Source: Bacteroidia bacterium
GTDB taxonomy: Bacteria > Bacteroidota > Bacteroidia > NS11-12g > UBA9320
Assembly: GCA_020053795.1 (NCBI GenBank)
Contig: JAGVMN010000006.1
Span: forward strand, 1,192-65,191
Length of the DNA stretch: 64,000 nucleotides
Reading direction: 5' to 3'
The notes below the pieces were generated by a model. That model saw only the letters and a program-made list of their open reading frames with translations. It had not been told where the DNA came from and searched no databases. Both the position numbers and the translations under genes were made by a program. This document shows positions 10,297 to 21,184 of the stretch, piece after piece; the stretch's first letter is position 1; each line of letters opens with the position of its first letter.

Positions 10297-12090
10297 TTAA
10301 AGGTCTGATTTTGGAAGACCGGCCCTGCCAATATGAAAGTATTTGAGAAACAGAGGTTCAATTTTTCTTTTTATTCTCTTGATTGTTAAAGATTTCAATT
10401 CGCCTTCAAAAAAACTATTCGATCTGAAGGCCATTTTTATGACGCCTTGGCCAGATTGTTCCGGTATTTTAAGGTAAAACCCAAACGCTCTCTGCAATTT
10501 TCCATTAGGCGGCTTGAAAGATCGAAAAGTCTTGCTGACAATAGATTTCCGGGTGTTTAAAGATATCATTAAATAAAGAATTGGGTCAGGCATTGTTGAG
10601 GTTGCACTACATTCAACCATCAGCCATGTCTCGTCAGATTTAAGGTTTTCAAAATCAAGAATTAATGAAAGCATTTCCTGAATGGAATCTTTTTCCAAAA
10701 TCAATTTAGTTTTCAGTTTATGTGCGTAAATCAGCTTTTCCTCAAAACCGATTTCGCTTTCAGGTTTCTCGTCAGTATCCAGCAAACTATAATCAAATGG
10801 AGAGGGGTTCGGGTTCAGGTAAATACCTGCATAGTACTTGCGATTCATATCGGCATGATGGATGATTCCCTGATTGCATTGCACCAGTTGAAAGATATTT
10901 ACCGCAGTGAGATAGGCACCCGTCAAAAGGAAAGGTATAGACCAATTTGTTTTTGCAGTTCGATAGATGAATGCGGCCAATGGTAAGGCGAAAACTGGAT
11001 AGCTTTGCACAAGGGCCCTGCATGAATAACTGCCCCCATAACGCCAATCGTGCCATGAAATAATCACATAAATATTCAACAGGCAAAACCAAAGCACCGA
11101 TTTTCGAAAGGCCAATTTTCGAATAAAAAAAAATCCAAAAACGAAAAAAAAAGCAACCGGCGTATAGATAAACCAACCCTTTTCCCAACCGAAAAGCACC
11201 TTCAGATGTGGGGCAAGGAAATCCCATTTGCTGCCCACATCATAAACAAAGGAACCTGTTGAATACTTCCAGTAAATAAGTTGTGGCATGACGCCGATAA
11301 ACACAATTATAACAACTAAGTATAACTGTTTAATGTTCTTTCTGACGAGGCTCCATTTGGCCTGAGCCGCTTCTTTGTTTTGCGTTTCCCAAAGCAATGG
11401 GATCAAGAACATAATGGCTTCTGTTGGACGGCTGATAGTGGCCAACCCAATAACAAAACCAATAAGACCGGCCCAAAGAAAAGAAGGCTTTTGATGCCAT
11501 TTAATTGTAGCGAAAAGTAAAATGGTGTATAGCCAAAAAATATAACCGTGGCTCATCCCTCCATCAACCGCAACGTATTGAATAAAGTTTGAGGCCAATA
11601 ACAATAACAATAAAGTGATTGCTGTGGTTTGATCATTAAAAAATATGAGCAAAACCCACCTCAAAAAGAAAATGCCCATGATGCAATAAACGATATTCCC
11701 AAAGGCAATGGCATATTGATAAGGAGGAGAAAACCCGTCTTGTTTATGACCGGTCAGTCGGGCGGCCACATGACCAATAGCAAAAAAAGGTATTTGCAAA
11801 ATGGCCACACCTCCAAGATATTTAAACACATAGTTGCCGTTTTCAACCTTGTTGGCCTGATATACTTTCCCGCCTGAAACCTGATACTGACTGTCAATTG
11901 CAGGAAACCATTTAAGCTCGGTTGCATCGTCATATATAAGAAATGCGGGCAAATATATATAATAGCCTAAAGCATCCCAGGTAGTGACTTTCAGTGGGGG
12001 ATCGGTTTTGATATTAGGAAAAGAAAATCGAAAAATCAGAGCTGTCAGTGCAACTATAACACATGCACTTAAAGACCGGATATTCTTCAT
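10297..12090 (-). CDS. polytopic membrane protein, ArnT/PMT-like (GT39/GT83-type) glycosyltransferase fold suspected
   Basis: 597 aa. The N-terminal ~420 aa contain many hydrophobic helices and the C-terminal ~170 aa look soluble. The family assignment rests on topology only. Confidence 0.4.
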   Translation of the reverse strand: MKNIRSLSACVIVALTALIFRFSFPNIKTDPPLKVTTWDALGYYIYLPAFLIYDDATELKWFPAIDSQYQVSGGKVYQANKVENGNYVFKYLGGVAILQIPFFAIGHVAARLTGHKQDGFSPPYQYAIAFGNIVYCIMGIFFLRWVLLIFFNDQTTAITLLLLLLASNFIQYVAVDGGMSHGYIFWLYTILLFATIKWHQKPSFLWAGLIGFVIGLATISRPTEAIMFLIPLLWETQNKEAAQAKWSLVRKNIKQLYLVVIIVFIGVMPQLIYWKYSTGSFVYDVGSKWDFLAPHLKVLFGWEKGWFIYTPVAFFFVFGFFFIRKLAFRKSVLWFCLLNIYVIISWHDWRYGGSYSCRALVQSYPVFALPLAAFIYRTAKTNWSIPFLLTGAYLTAVNIFQLVQCNQGIIHHADMNRKYYAGIYLNPNPSPFDYSLLDTDEKPESEIGFEEKLIYAHKLKTKLILEKDSIQEMLSLILDFENLKSDETWLMVECSATSTMPDPILYLMISLNTRKSIVSKTFRSFKPPNGKLQRAFGFYLKIPEQSGQGVIKMAFRSNSFFEGELKSLTIKRIKRKIEPLFLKYFHIGRAGLPKSDL

Positions 12091-12296
12091 TTTTGGTTTT
12101 AATATCCGGCAAACTAAATCAAAAGTTTCAAACTATTGTTTGACAGAACACTATTTGTAATGATTGCTACCCAAAACTTAAAAGGCAGCCTTTATCTGTT
12201 CCCTGCTATAAGCTTAAATGTTATTCCTTTGAATCCAGATAATCCGGAGCATTAATGTGTAAACTGAATCAATTTTTGACAACACTAAGCTACTAA

Positions 12297-12764
12297 TTAT
12301 TTGAAGTACTGAGGATATATATCCACTTGCAGGTTAACAGCTTCCCAAACTTTGGCAGCCTCAGTCTCATCATTCGCTTTTTTCAAGCTTGCCAGATGTC
12401 CCATTAAGGGTTTCAGCCATTTATGTAATGCATCATGATCGGGGCCCTGCATCTGGCATTGGCTGATTAATTGGTTCAAAACTATCTCAAATTTGCCTGC
12501 TGCCTTTTTGTAGGCAGACAAGGTTATGTCGGTGCCGCTATTGAATTCGTCAATTACGGTAAATAAATTCTCAACATTCTTGCCGGTAATAGCATCTGCA
12601 TTCCATCTGGCTCCATTATTTAGCTGCAGTTCATCTGATTCTTTGGTTTTTTTATGGTGCTTCCCCTGTATCTCAACGCCGGCCTCATTACCCCCGGATG
12701 GTTTTTGATTGTTGCAAGCCAACTGTATAAAAGCAATAAAACACAAGCTTACTATTTTTTTCAT
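12297..12764 (-). CDS. hypothetical lipoprotein
   Basis: Signal peptide with a Cys (MKKIVSLCFIAFIQLACNNQ). The mature part is helical and His-rich. Confidence 0.5.
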   Translation of the reverse strand: MKKIVSLCFIAFIQLACNNQKPSGGNEAGVEIQGKHHKKTKESDELQLNNGARWNADAITGKNVENLFTVIDEFNSGTDITLSAYKKAAGKFEIVLNQLISQCQMQGPDHDALHKWLKPLMGHLASLKKANDETEAAKVWEAVNLQVDIYPQYFK

Positions 12765-12899
12765 TTCTTTACTGAAGTTTTAGCAAAAATAGATTGCACC
12801 GGATCAAACTCCGACTGATGGAAATCAGACGATCATGCCATTTTTTACATGAGGCCGTTAGATTTCACAGGAGCATTCAGTTAAAGAATCCACATTTAA

Positions 12900-13958
12900 T
12901 TATCTCTTATTTCTATTGAAAGATAATGTTCTGAGCATCCATCTGGGTAATGGTTTTTCGGGATTCCTTTTTTTCAGATTCAAATACCAACCTATTTTTT
13001 TCATAATCGGAATTCGATGGGTTTCAACAAATTCTATCAGCGTTTTATCAGGGTCTTCTATATAGGCAAAATGACCTGCCGCTTCTCCCATGTCAAAATC
13101 AGGCGGACTATCTACTGTAAATGGAAAGCCAAGTTTGGCACATTCCACCTTTAAATCAGCCATATCCACAACATCAAAACAAAGATGAATATAACCCAGA
13201 TCACCCCAAAAGCGATCTTTAAAAATCTGTTCAGGTTTGCGACCTGTGGCCTGAATGAGTTCTATTTCTGTTGCACCCAATAATTGAGAAAATCCACCCC
13301 GTCGTGGTTTGGCATGTGTCAGTTTCACCCGTCTGAAATGATTGCTTCCACCGGGTACAGCTTTGAAATCTTCAAAAGTTCCTGTAATATCGTAGGCCAA
13401 CAGATCATAACCCAAAATATCGCGATAGAGTTTCAAGGACTGATCGATATTGGTCACTCCGATCATTACTCCGCAAACACCTCCTGTTGTATCATTGTTT
13501 TTGGAAAACCAACTCTTGCTTTCAATCACCTGAAAAGAATTGCCATAAGGGTCTTTCACCCAAAATTGCGGGGTGCCACCCGGATCGCTGTGAACTGGGG
13601 TTAAAACACGGGCTCCCGACGCGGAAATAAAGAGGTGTGCTGCCATAGCACTCCGGCATTTTATTTTACAAACATTGATTCCGAGATCTCCCAACTGAGG
13701 CACAAATGCGGCAGGCTGCGGAACCCGACTGGTGTACTGCCAAATCTCGAATCCACCACCGCCTTGCATGTTCATTGCCAGAATCGCATGTCTTTTTTGT
13801 GGTTTACCACCTGTATATGGCAGCATCAGGTTGGCATCGGCCGCTTCCTCAAATATCGGAATATCCATCTTAAAATGCTTTCTGTACCAGGTCCAGGCTT
13901 CATGAACATTTGAAACCCCTATCCCTATTTGTTGAATTCCTGAAATGATTTTTGCCAT
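12900..13958 (-). CDS. VOC-family (glyoxalase/bleomycin-resistance/dioxygenase fold) protein
   Basis: 352 aa. The N-terminus IQQIGIGVSNVHEAWTWYRKHF and repeated beta-alpha-beta-beta-beta-like modules are typical of tandem VOC domains. Confidence 0.6.
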   Translation of the reverse strand: MAKIISGIQQIGIGVSNVHEAWTWYRKHFKMDIPIFEEAADANLMLPYTGGKPQKRHAILAMNMQGGGGFEIWQYTSRVPQPAAFVPQLGDLGINVCKIKCRSAMAAHLFISASGARVLTPVHSDPGGTPQFWVKDPYGNSFQVIESKSWFSKNNDTTGGVCGVMIGVTNIDQSLKLYRDILGYDLLAYDITGTFEDFKAVPGGSNHFRRVKLTHAKPRRGGFSQLLGATEIELIQATGRKPEQIFKDRFWGDLGYIHLCFDVVDMADLKVECAKLGFPFTVDSPPDFDMGEAAGHFAYIEDPDKTLIEFVETHRIPIMKKIGWYLNLKKRNPEKPLPRWMLRTLSFNRNKR

Positions 13959-14256
13959 AAGCTGCGAATATAATTCAAGTGGTAGTACGAAAGAGTGAAA
14001 GAATGAACGAAGTGTATCTTTGGCAAAGGCGTTGCTTCTTTATCACTAACCATTCACTCCTTTCGGCCTTAACTCTGGCTGCTTTCCGGTCATAAAGCCA
14101 GAGCCGAATCCTGTGAATTATGCACAGCAATTTGCCAGGTAACTCCTTTGATTGTTTATTTAACAGAAAAAAGACCTGTTCTGAATTGGGACCAATTTGA
14201 CAATTTTTTTCTCGTGACATCCTTTTTTATGCATATTTGAATTTTATATCAGTTTT

Positions 14257-16044
14257 TTGATAAAACTACTGGCAACATTAATTGTAACAGTCGGAACACT
14301 GATTTCCATCGGACAAACTAAAGAATTTTATGACCGCATTGCGGATTCTTTAATTAGAGTGGGAAAGGCGGATTCTCTTATTCCATATTTTCAAAATGAA
14401 CTAAAATCAAATCCAAAAAGTGAAGATGTTCTTAGAATGCTTGGCTATTTATTCATTGTGAATAAACAGCCCGATCTTGGTGAAAAATATTACCGTCAGG
14501 CTTTGGTAATCAATCCAGGATGTGTCCGCTGCTTTATGAACCTTGGCAAGATTTACATAACAAGGAGCGATTATATTAAAGCGTCAGAATTATTTGATCA
14601 AGCCATTATTATAGATCCCAATGATCCCATTCTCTTTTCAGAAAGGGCACAGCTAAGAGAAATAAAAGGTGAAAAATTTGCAGCTTTGATTGATTACAAT
14701 AAGTCTGTTGAACTAGATCCATTAAATCACGAATATTATCTTCTCAGGGGAAGATTTTATTCAAAAGAAGGACGGTTTTCACTCGCCCTTTCTGACTTGA
14801 ATAAAGCCATTGAACTAGTCCCCAATCATTCCGCACCTTATTTTGAAAGGTCTCAACTTTTTTATGATAGTCGTATGTTTGAGGAAGCTTTAAACGACGC
14901 TAATTATGCCATAATACATGATAGCACCCAATACCAAATGTATGTTGGCCGGGGTGCCATTTATACTGAATTAAAACTCTATGAAAGAGCAATTTTGGAT
15001 TATTCCAAAGCTATTGCACATAGTCCGGAAGACTTCTATTCTTATTATCAACGGTCTTTAAATAAGTACAAATTAGAAGATATGGAAGGTTTTTGTGGTG
15101 ATGTTCACTTATCTCTTTCAATACTCATGAAAAATGACCCGGTGAATCAGCTAAAATCCGATATCGAATATTCAGTTGAGGTATTCTGCGACTCGACAAA
15201 AGCGAGCTATTATTATCAAAGAGGTATTGCGTTTTACAACCTTCGTCAATTTGATAAAGCGGTTGATATCTATTCAAAAGGTGTGAAGAAATTTCCAAAA
15301 AATGCGATGCTCCTTTCGTTTCGTGGCAATGCATATTTTGCTCTTGAGGAATATTCAATGGCCATAGCAGATTATGAAGCCTCTATCGAAAATAAAGAAA
15401 ATGTTTTTTTTGATATTGAGATCAATAAACGGCACACCGGTTTATCTGCCGATTCCTTACAATTATATTTAACCGGATTTGTAGCAGGAATGCAAATCAG
15501 CATGGCCGAATCTTTATTTGCATTGGGACATTATGATGAAGCCCTGATAGAAATTAACAAAGGGCTGTATATCGCACCTGAAATGAGGGAAATCGGCAAA
15601 GAAATATATTATAACGTTCGTGGGAACATATATCTGGCATTAGGGAAATACTTACTTGCACTTAATGATTTTGACAAGTGCATTCAGATAAATCCGGGGT
15701 TTCCGCTGGCATATGTAAATAGAGCTGTTGCCAAGATTAATTTGTCCAGCAAAATTCACATGAAAACATACTCAATCAGGTCAGGGGAAAGCTTTCAAAC
15801 ATTTAATCCTAACTGGACGATGCCATTGAAAGCATCTGTTAAAAAATCTGATGAGAATATTACATCTGCACTCACAGACTGCAACACTGCTATTGAAATT
15901 GAACCTAATCTGGACTTTGCATACTATATGCGTGGTCGAATAAAAAAAATGCTGGTCATGGGCGATTACTGTTATGACCTTATGAAATCCAAAGATCTTG
16001 GTTATCCGGTGGAACTTAGCCTCATAAATAGTTGTCTGCGATAA
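14257..16044 (+). CDS. TPR-repeat protein
   Basis: 595 aa with a TTG start at 14257. There are many 34-aa repeats of the form A...Y..AI.IDPN...Y..RG. Confidence 0.75.
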   Translation: MIKLLATLIVTVGTLISIGQTKEFYDRIADSLIRVGKADSLIPYFQNELKSNPKSEDVLRMLGYLFIVNKQPDLGEKYYRQALVINPGCVRCFMNLGKIYITRSDYIKASELFDQAIIIDPNDPILFSERAQLREIKGEKFAALIDYNKSVELDPLNHEYYLLRGRFYSKEGRFSLALSDLNKAIELVPNHSAPYFERSQLFYDSRMFEEALNDANYAIIHDSTQYQMYVGRGAIYTELKLYERAILDYSKAIAHSPEDFYSYYQRSLNKYKLEDMEGFCGDVHLSLSILMKNDPVNQLKSDIEYSVEVFCDSTKASYYYQRGIAFYNLRQFDKAVDIYSKGVKKFPKNAMLLSFRGNAYFALEEYSMAIADYEASIENKENVFFDIEINKRHTGLSADSLQLYLTGFVAGMQISMAESLFALGHYDEALIEINKGLYIAPEMREIGKEIYYNVRGNIYLALGKYLLALNDFDKCIQINPGFPLAYVNRAVAKINLSSKIHMKTYSIRSGESFQTFNPNWTMPLKASVKKSDENITSALTDCNTAIEIEPNLDFAYYMRGRIKKMLVMGDYCYDLMKSKDLGYPVELSLINSCLR

Positions 16045-16100
16045 TTAAGAAACCCAACTCGTCTTTCATTCCGGTTGGAAGAAACGATTTGAGCTTTTGT

Positions 16101-16889
16101 CTAATTAGCTTTCACCCTTGAGGCTATCTGGTAATAAAGCCATGGCCAAATCCTATGAACGTAATGTAAGATCAATTCACCCCTGGCAATCATCACTTCA
16201 CGTTTTCTTTTTTCAATAGCCCGAATAATTTTACGGGCACAAACATCTGCCGGAATCCCGTTTTTTTGCCCTTCGTCATAAATGCCGTGTTTGCCGCCAT
16301 CTTTGCTCAAAGCGTTGACAGAGATAGGGGTGTTTATCCGTCCCGGACTGACAATGGTGACCCCGATTCCTGTTCCGTTCAATTCCAGTCCGAGGGTTTC
16401 GAAAAATCCTTGTAAAGCATGCTTTGCCGCTGTGTAACCGGATCTATTCGGAAAGCCAAACTTGCCCGACATGCTGCTGATAACGGCAATCTGTCCATGT
16501 CCGGCTTTCAGCATGTGCGGCAATACACTTTTGGTAAGTGCCACCGAGCCGAAAAAATTCACTTCCATCAATTTCCTGAATACGGCCATACTAGTTTCTA
16601 TGGCCAAAGATCTTTGGCTGATACCACCGTTGTTGATAAGTAAATCAATTTGCCCATAAGCAGAAATGACCTTATCAACTGCGTACTCAAAATCTTCCTG
16701 TTTTTCCAGATCCAGCGGAATGACCATACACTCCGAGCCGTTCCTTTCGCAAAGAGTTTTCAAGACTTTCAGCACTTCAGCCCTACGAGAGGAAAGAACG
16801 AGCCTATTGCCGTTTCCTGCCAGTTCCAGTGCCAAAGCCTCACCTATTCCGGAACTGGCTCCTGTGATCCATATCGTCTTATTTTCCAT
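16101..16889 (-). CDS. short-chain dehydrogenase/reductase (SDR)
   Basis: Cofactor motif TGASSGIGEA, NNGG motif, and catalytic S...YTAAKHAL. Confidence 0.85.
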   Translation of the reverse strand: MENKTIWITGASSGIGEALALELAGNGNRLVLSSRRAEVLKVLKTLCERNGSECMVIPLDLEKQEDFEYAVDKVISAYGQIDLLINNGGISQRSLAIETSMAVFRKLMEVNFFGSVALTKSVLPHMLKAGHGQIAVISSMSGKFGFPNRSGYTAAKHALQGFFETLGLELNGTGIGVTIVSPGRINTPISVNALSKDGGKHGIYDEGQKNGIPADVCARKIIRAIEKRKREVMIARGELILHYVHRIWPWLYYQIASRVKAN

Positions 16890-17286
16890 TGCGTTTATCC
16901 ATACTTGTCCATTGACCGATTTTCATTTCCATCGGCTGCCTCCTTTCACAAATCTTTCAATTTTAAAATGTCTCAAAAATATTGCGTTGACAAAATTACA
17001 AATGAACGAGCTTGTTAAATTGTCACAGTCGTATAAATTAAAATTGTTCATAGTTGATGGGACAATATAGCTGAAGAAAAGGCCATGGATTGCATATCTG
17101 AAGAACATAAAAAACTTCTTGACCAACGTCTTCAGGCAATTAGTTCAGGAAGCGGAAAGTTTAGATCGTAGTCTGGAAATATGTTAGTATCCGAAGTTTT
17201 ATGTTATTTGGTTCTCAAAAATCTCAAAACTTCATTATTGGTCCACTATTATAGCTGATGACTTACTGAAAATAAATATTAACCAC

Positions 17287-20133
17287 TTATTTCTCCAGTT
17301 TCTTTTTCAAATACTGCCCCGTCACACTTTCCTTGCAACCAATCAAAGCTTCAGGCGTTCCCTGAAAAACGATATTCCCGCCTTTCTCTCCTCCGCCCGG
17401 CCCCAGGTCTATCACCCAATCCGCACATTTGATGACGTCGAGGTTGTGTTCTATGATCACAATGGTATGTCCCTTTTTGATTAATTCATCAAAGGAAGTC
17501 AAAAGCTTTTTGATGTCATGAAAATGAAGTCCGGTAGTCGGTTCATCAAAAATAAAAAGGGTATGTTCTCTTGCCGATCCCTTTCCAAGGTAAGAAGCCA
17601 GTTTGATACGTTGAGCTTCACCACCACTCAAAGTGTTGGAACTCTGGCCGAGGGTAACATAGCCCAAACCGACATCCTGCAATGGTTTGAGTCTGGAAAC
17701 TATGGTTTCGGCATCTTTAAAAAACAACATAGCTTCGTCAACCGTCAGGCATAAAACATCATAGATACTTTTGCCTTTGTAAGTGGCTTCCAAAACTTCT
17801 TCCCTGAATCGCTTTCCTTTGCAAACCTCACAGAGTAAATGCAAATCTGCCATGAACTGCATCTCTACAATCTCTTCTCCCTCCCCCAGACAATTGTCGC
17901 AACGACCACCCTCCACATTAAAAGAAAAATGGGCTCCCTTAAAACCACGTTGCTTGCTCAATGGCAAGTTACTGAACAACTCCCTTATGGTGTCGTAGGC
18001 TTTTATGTAGGTAACCGGATTCGATCTTGAAGATTTTCCAATGGGGTTTTGGTCTATGATCTCAATCCGTTCGATTTTGTTCACACTGCCTTCCAAAGAT
18101 TTGTAAGACCCCGCTTTGATGAATCCAAGATCGGTAATTTCCCTTACCAGAATGGGATATAAAACATTCTTGATTAAGCTTGTTTTACCCGACCCACTCA
18201 CACCGGTTATTGTCGTAATTACATTTAACGGAATGGTAGCATTGACATTTTTCAAGTTATGGAGTTTGGCACCGTTCAACACTATGCTGTGCGTAAATCT
18301 TCTCCTGTTTTCGGGTACCTCTATGAGATTCACATTATTCAGGTAATTTCCGGTCAAAGTATCTGAATGAAGCAGGGCATCGAAAGTTCCTTCAAAAACC
18401 AACGCTCCCCCTTGTGTTCCGGCCAACGGACCAATATCTATGATATGTTCGGAAGCCCTCATAATTTCTTCGTCGTGTTCCACAACAATTACTGTATTTC
18501 CCGTGTTTTTCAGGTTTTGCAATACGTCAATCAACTTCTCAGTATCGTGAGAATGCAGTCCAATGCTTGGCTCATCCAAAATATAGGTAGATCCCACAAG
18601 GCTGCTACCCAAAATTGTGGCGAGATTAATGCGTTGCGACTCTCCGCCAGACAATGAATTGGAAAGTCGGTTAAGTTGCAGATACCCAACACCAACTTTT
18701 AAGAGATACTCCAGCCGGTTGGTTATTTCCTTTAAAATCCGCTCTGCCACTTCCTGATCGTGCCTGTTGAGTTTCAGATCAGAGAAATATCCGTAGGCTT
18801 TCTCAATATTGAATAACAGGACTTCAGGCAGTGAAACTTTATCACTAATTCCGAATGGTTTGTTGATTGCGACAAGTTTCACATAAGAGGCATCTTTTCG
18901 CAGGCGGGTTCCCATACAATCGGGGCAAACGGTTTTCCCTTTGTATTTGGAAAGCATCACCCGGTATTGAATTTTGTAACTGTTTTCTTCAATGTATTTA
19001 AAAAACTGCCAAATGCCTTTTACCCTTTTATTTCCATTCCAAAGCAAGTCTTTTTCTTTTTGATCTAAATCTTCATAGGCCCGATGAACAGGGAAATCCA
19101 TTCTGACGGAATTGAGGATAAACTCTTTCTGCCATGCCTGCATGCTTTCTCCTCTCCAACAAGCAACGGCCCCTTCATAAACAGACAAAGACGGATTAGG
19201 CACCACCATATTCTCATCAATGCCAATGACCGAACCAAATCCCTCGCACTTATTACATGCTCCAAAGGGGTTGTTGAAACTCAGGAAATTGACACTGGGC
19301 TGTTCGAAGTTGATCCCATCAGCCTCAAAACGATTGGAGAAAGGGTGCAGCCCGTCTACTTTTTCTGATGTTGTTTTGATGTATAGTTCTCCATGCCCTT
19401 CCCAAAAGGCTGTTTCCAAGGAATCGGCAAATCTGGCCGATTGCTCTTCATCTACCTTGTCAATAATCAAACGGTCGATCAGTAACAAAACTTCTTTTTC
19501 CTTACCTTGCGGTTGCTCCAGCCATTGCTCTATTTTGATGATTTCATCGCTGGCAAGCAACAGTCTGGAGAATCCCTTTTTCATTTCTGCCAGTATGGCT
19601 TTTTTCAACTCAGCAGGACTCGAAGCTTTAATTTTTATTAATATATGTATAGTTGCATCGTTAGGGAACGTAGCAATAAACTCCAGCACATCTTTAACAG
19701 AATGACATTTTACCTCTTTGTTTGAAATTGGAGAATATGTTCTTCCTACCCTTGCAAAAAGCAATTTCAGATAGTCGTAAATCTCGGTTGATGTCGCTAC
19801 TGTAGAACGTGGATTATGTGTGTGAACCTTTTGCTCAATGGCAATGCAGGGTGATAATCCCCTTATAAAAGTCACCTCCGGCTTTTCCAGTTTACCCAGA
19901 AACTGCCGGGCATAAGACGAAAGACTTTCAACGTATCGCCTTTGGCCTTCGGCATAAAGTGTATCAAAAATAAGGGAAGATTTTCCAGATCCCGAAACAC
20001 CTGTCACCACTGTCAGTGTATTCCGCGGAATATTCACATCAATGTTTTTCAGGTTGTGCATCCGTGCACCCTTTATCTCAATGTGCTTAGGAGTAACTTT
20101 AGGAAAATCGCTCATATTTTTATTCTTTGTCAA
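17287..20133 (-). CDS. uvrA: excinuclease ABC subunit A
   Basis: 948 aa with two ABC ATPase modules ([10 protein letters not shown] twice, LSGGE signature twice), Zn-finger Cys clusters ([32 protein letters not shown]) and the canonical N-terminus [12 protein letters not shown]. Confidence 0.95.
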   Translation of the reverse strand: MTKNKNMSDFPKVTPKHIEIKGARMHNLKNIDVNIPRNTLTVVTGVSGSGKSSLIFDTLYAEGQRRYVESLSSYARQFLGKLEKPEVTFIRGLSPCIAIEQKVHTHNPRSTVATSTEIYDYLKLLFARVGRTYSPISNKEVKCHSVKDVLEFIATFPNDATIHILIKIKASSPAELKKAILAEMKKGFSRLLLASDEIIKIEQWLEQPQGKEKEVLLLIDRLIIDKVDEEQSARFADSLETAFWEGHGELYIKTTSEKVDGLHPFSNRFEADGINFEQPSVNFLSFNNPFGACNKCEGFGSVIGIDENMVVPNPSLSVYEGAVACWRGESMQAWQKEFILNSVRMDFPVHRAYEDLDQKEKDLLWNGNKRVKGIWQFFKYIEENSYKIQYRVMLSKYKGKTVCPDCMGTRLRKDASYVKLVAINKPFGISDKVSLPEVLLFNIEKAYGYFSDLKLNRHDQEVAERILKEITNRLEYLLKVGVGYLQLNRLSNSLSGGESQRINLATILGSSLVGSTYILDEPSIGLHSHDTEKLIDVLQNLKNTGNTVIVVEHDEEIMRASEHIIDIGPLAGTQGGALVFEGTFDALLHSDTLTGNYLNNVNLIEVPENRRRFTHSIVLNGAKLHNLKNVNATIPLNVITTITGVSGSGKTSLIKNVLYPILVREITDLGFIKAGSYKSLEGSVNKIERIEIIDQNPIGKSSRSNPVTYIKAYDTIRELFSNLPLSKQRGFKGAHFSFNVEGGRCDNCLGEGEEIVEMQFMADLHLLCEVCKGKRFREEVLEATYKGKSIYDVLCLTVDEAMLFFKDAETIVSRLKPLQDVGLGYVTLGQSSNTLSGGEAQRIKLASYLGKGSAREHTLFIFDEPTTGLHFHDIKKLLTSFDELIKKGHTIVIIEHNLDVIKCADWVIDLGPGGGEKGGNIVFQGTPEALIGCKESVTGQYLKKKLEK

Positions 20134-20315
20134 AACAACGTCCTAAAAAGAATGTTTCAAAAAGTTTTTTTCAAAATAATTTTGCATTTTCAGAAAATCA
20201 TCGCTATCTTAGCATTCGATTTCAAATTAATCATTCGCCTATAGGATAATACATCTACTTTTTACCATTACACTCAAAAGAGAATCAACCCTTTTTTAAC
20301 GTAATTAGATGTATT

Positions 20316-20897
20316 ATGAAAGCAACCCAAATCACCGATCAGGAGTTAATCCATCAGTATCTGAATGGAAACGAGCCATGTTTAGAGATGCTCATCACAA
20401 GACACAAGAGAAAAGTTTTCACTTCAATTTCCCTTATTGTTCATGATCGGTACATTGCCGAAGACTTGTTTCAAGAGACTTTCATCAAAGTTGTGAAGAC
20501 CTTTCGCTCCGGCAAATACAACGAGGAAGGTAAGTTTTTGCCATGGGTGATGAGAATTGCCCGCAATCTGGCTATTGATTATTTTAGAAAAACCAAAAGA
20601 ATGCCCACCATCACTTCCACTGATGGAGAAGATATTTTCCGGACAATAAATGTTCAGGAAGACAACCGTGAAGAAAAAATTATCCGCAACCAAAGAGATC
20701 ATGTCGTTCGTGAACTTATTCGATTGTTGCCTTTGGAGCAAAGAGAGGTGTTGATTCTGAGGCATTATGCCGAGCTCAGTTTCAAAGAAATTGCCGACCT
20801 GACGGAGGTAAGCATCAATACAGCATTAGGACGAATGAGATACGCCCTTCAGAACATGAGAAAATTAATTACAGAAAAATCTTTGAGTCTGCAATAA
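20316..20897 (+). CDS. RNA polymerase ECF-type sigma-70 factor
   Basis: 193 aa. Region 2 (DLFQETFIKV...W..RIARN.AIDYFRK) and the region 4 HTH (LSFKEIADLTEVSINTALGRMRYAL) are both present. Confidence 0.85.
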   Translation: MKATQITDQELIHQYLNGNEPCLEMLITRHKRKVFTSISLIVHDRYIAEDLFQETFIKVVKTFRSGKYNEEGKFLPWVMRIARNLAIDYFRKTKRMPTITSTDGEDIFRTINVQEDNREEKIIRNQRDHVVRELIRLLPLEQREVLILRHYAELSFKEIADLTEVSINTALGRMRYALQNMRKLITEKSLSLQ

Positions 20898-20941
20898 AGA
20901 CGAGTTCCTGCCGTTCATAGCATTGAATACAATTTCAGCCT

Positions 20942-21178
20942 ATGAACTTAAAAATTACTTACGACGACCTTATTCTCTATTACTATGGCGAAACGAACGC
21001 ACAAAGGACGGTGGATATTTTACAGGAACTTGAATTTAACCAGTCACTCAGAAATGATTTTGAAGAATTATGCAAAATCTCAGCTGAATTGGACAAGGGT
21101 TTTGCCGAACCAAACGAAACAAGTGTTCATATTGTGATGGAAGAGTCTCTTTCATCCAATCTTGAACAAACAATTTAA
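20942..21178 (+). CDS. small hypothetical protein downstream of the ECF sigma gene (possible partner/anti-sigma-like)
   Basis: 78 aa, located 44 nt after the sigma gene on the same strand. No TM segment was seen, so the role is only a positional guess. Confidence 0.35.
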   Translation: MNLKITYDDLILYYYGETNAQRTVDILQELEFNQSLRNDFEELCKISAELDKGFAEPNETSVHIVMEESLSSNLEQTI

Positions 21179-21184
21179 GCATCG

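Noticed and set aside
13975-14220. 81-aa minus-strand ORF between the VOC gene and the TPR gene
   Set aside because: It is Arg/Leu-rich with no motif and sits in the divergent promoter region. It is not supported.
16650-17126. Overlapping ORFs 16650..17018, 16666..17070 and 16923..17126
   Set aside because: The first two are largely antisense to the SDR gene and overlap each other in different frames. The third is a low-complexity ORF in the SDR/uvrA spacer. None has supporting features.
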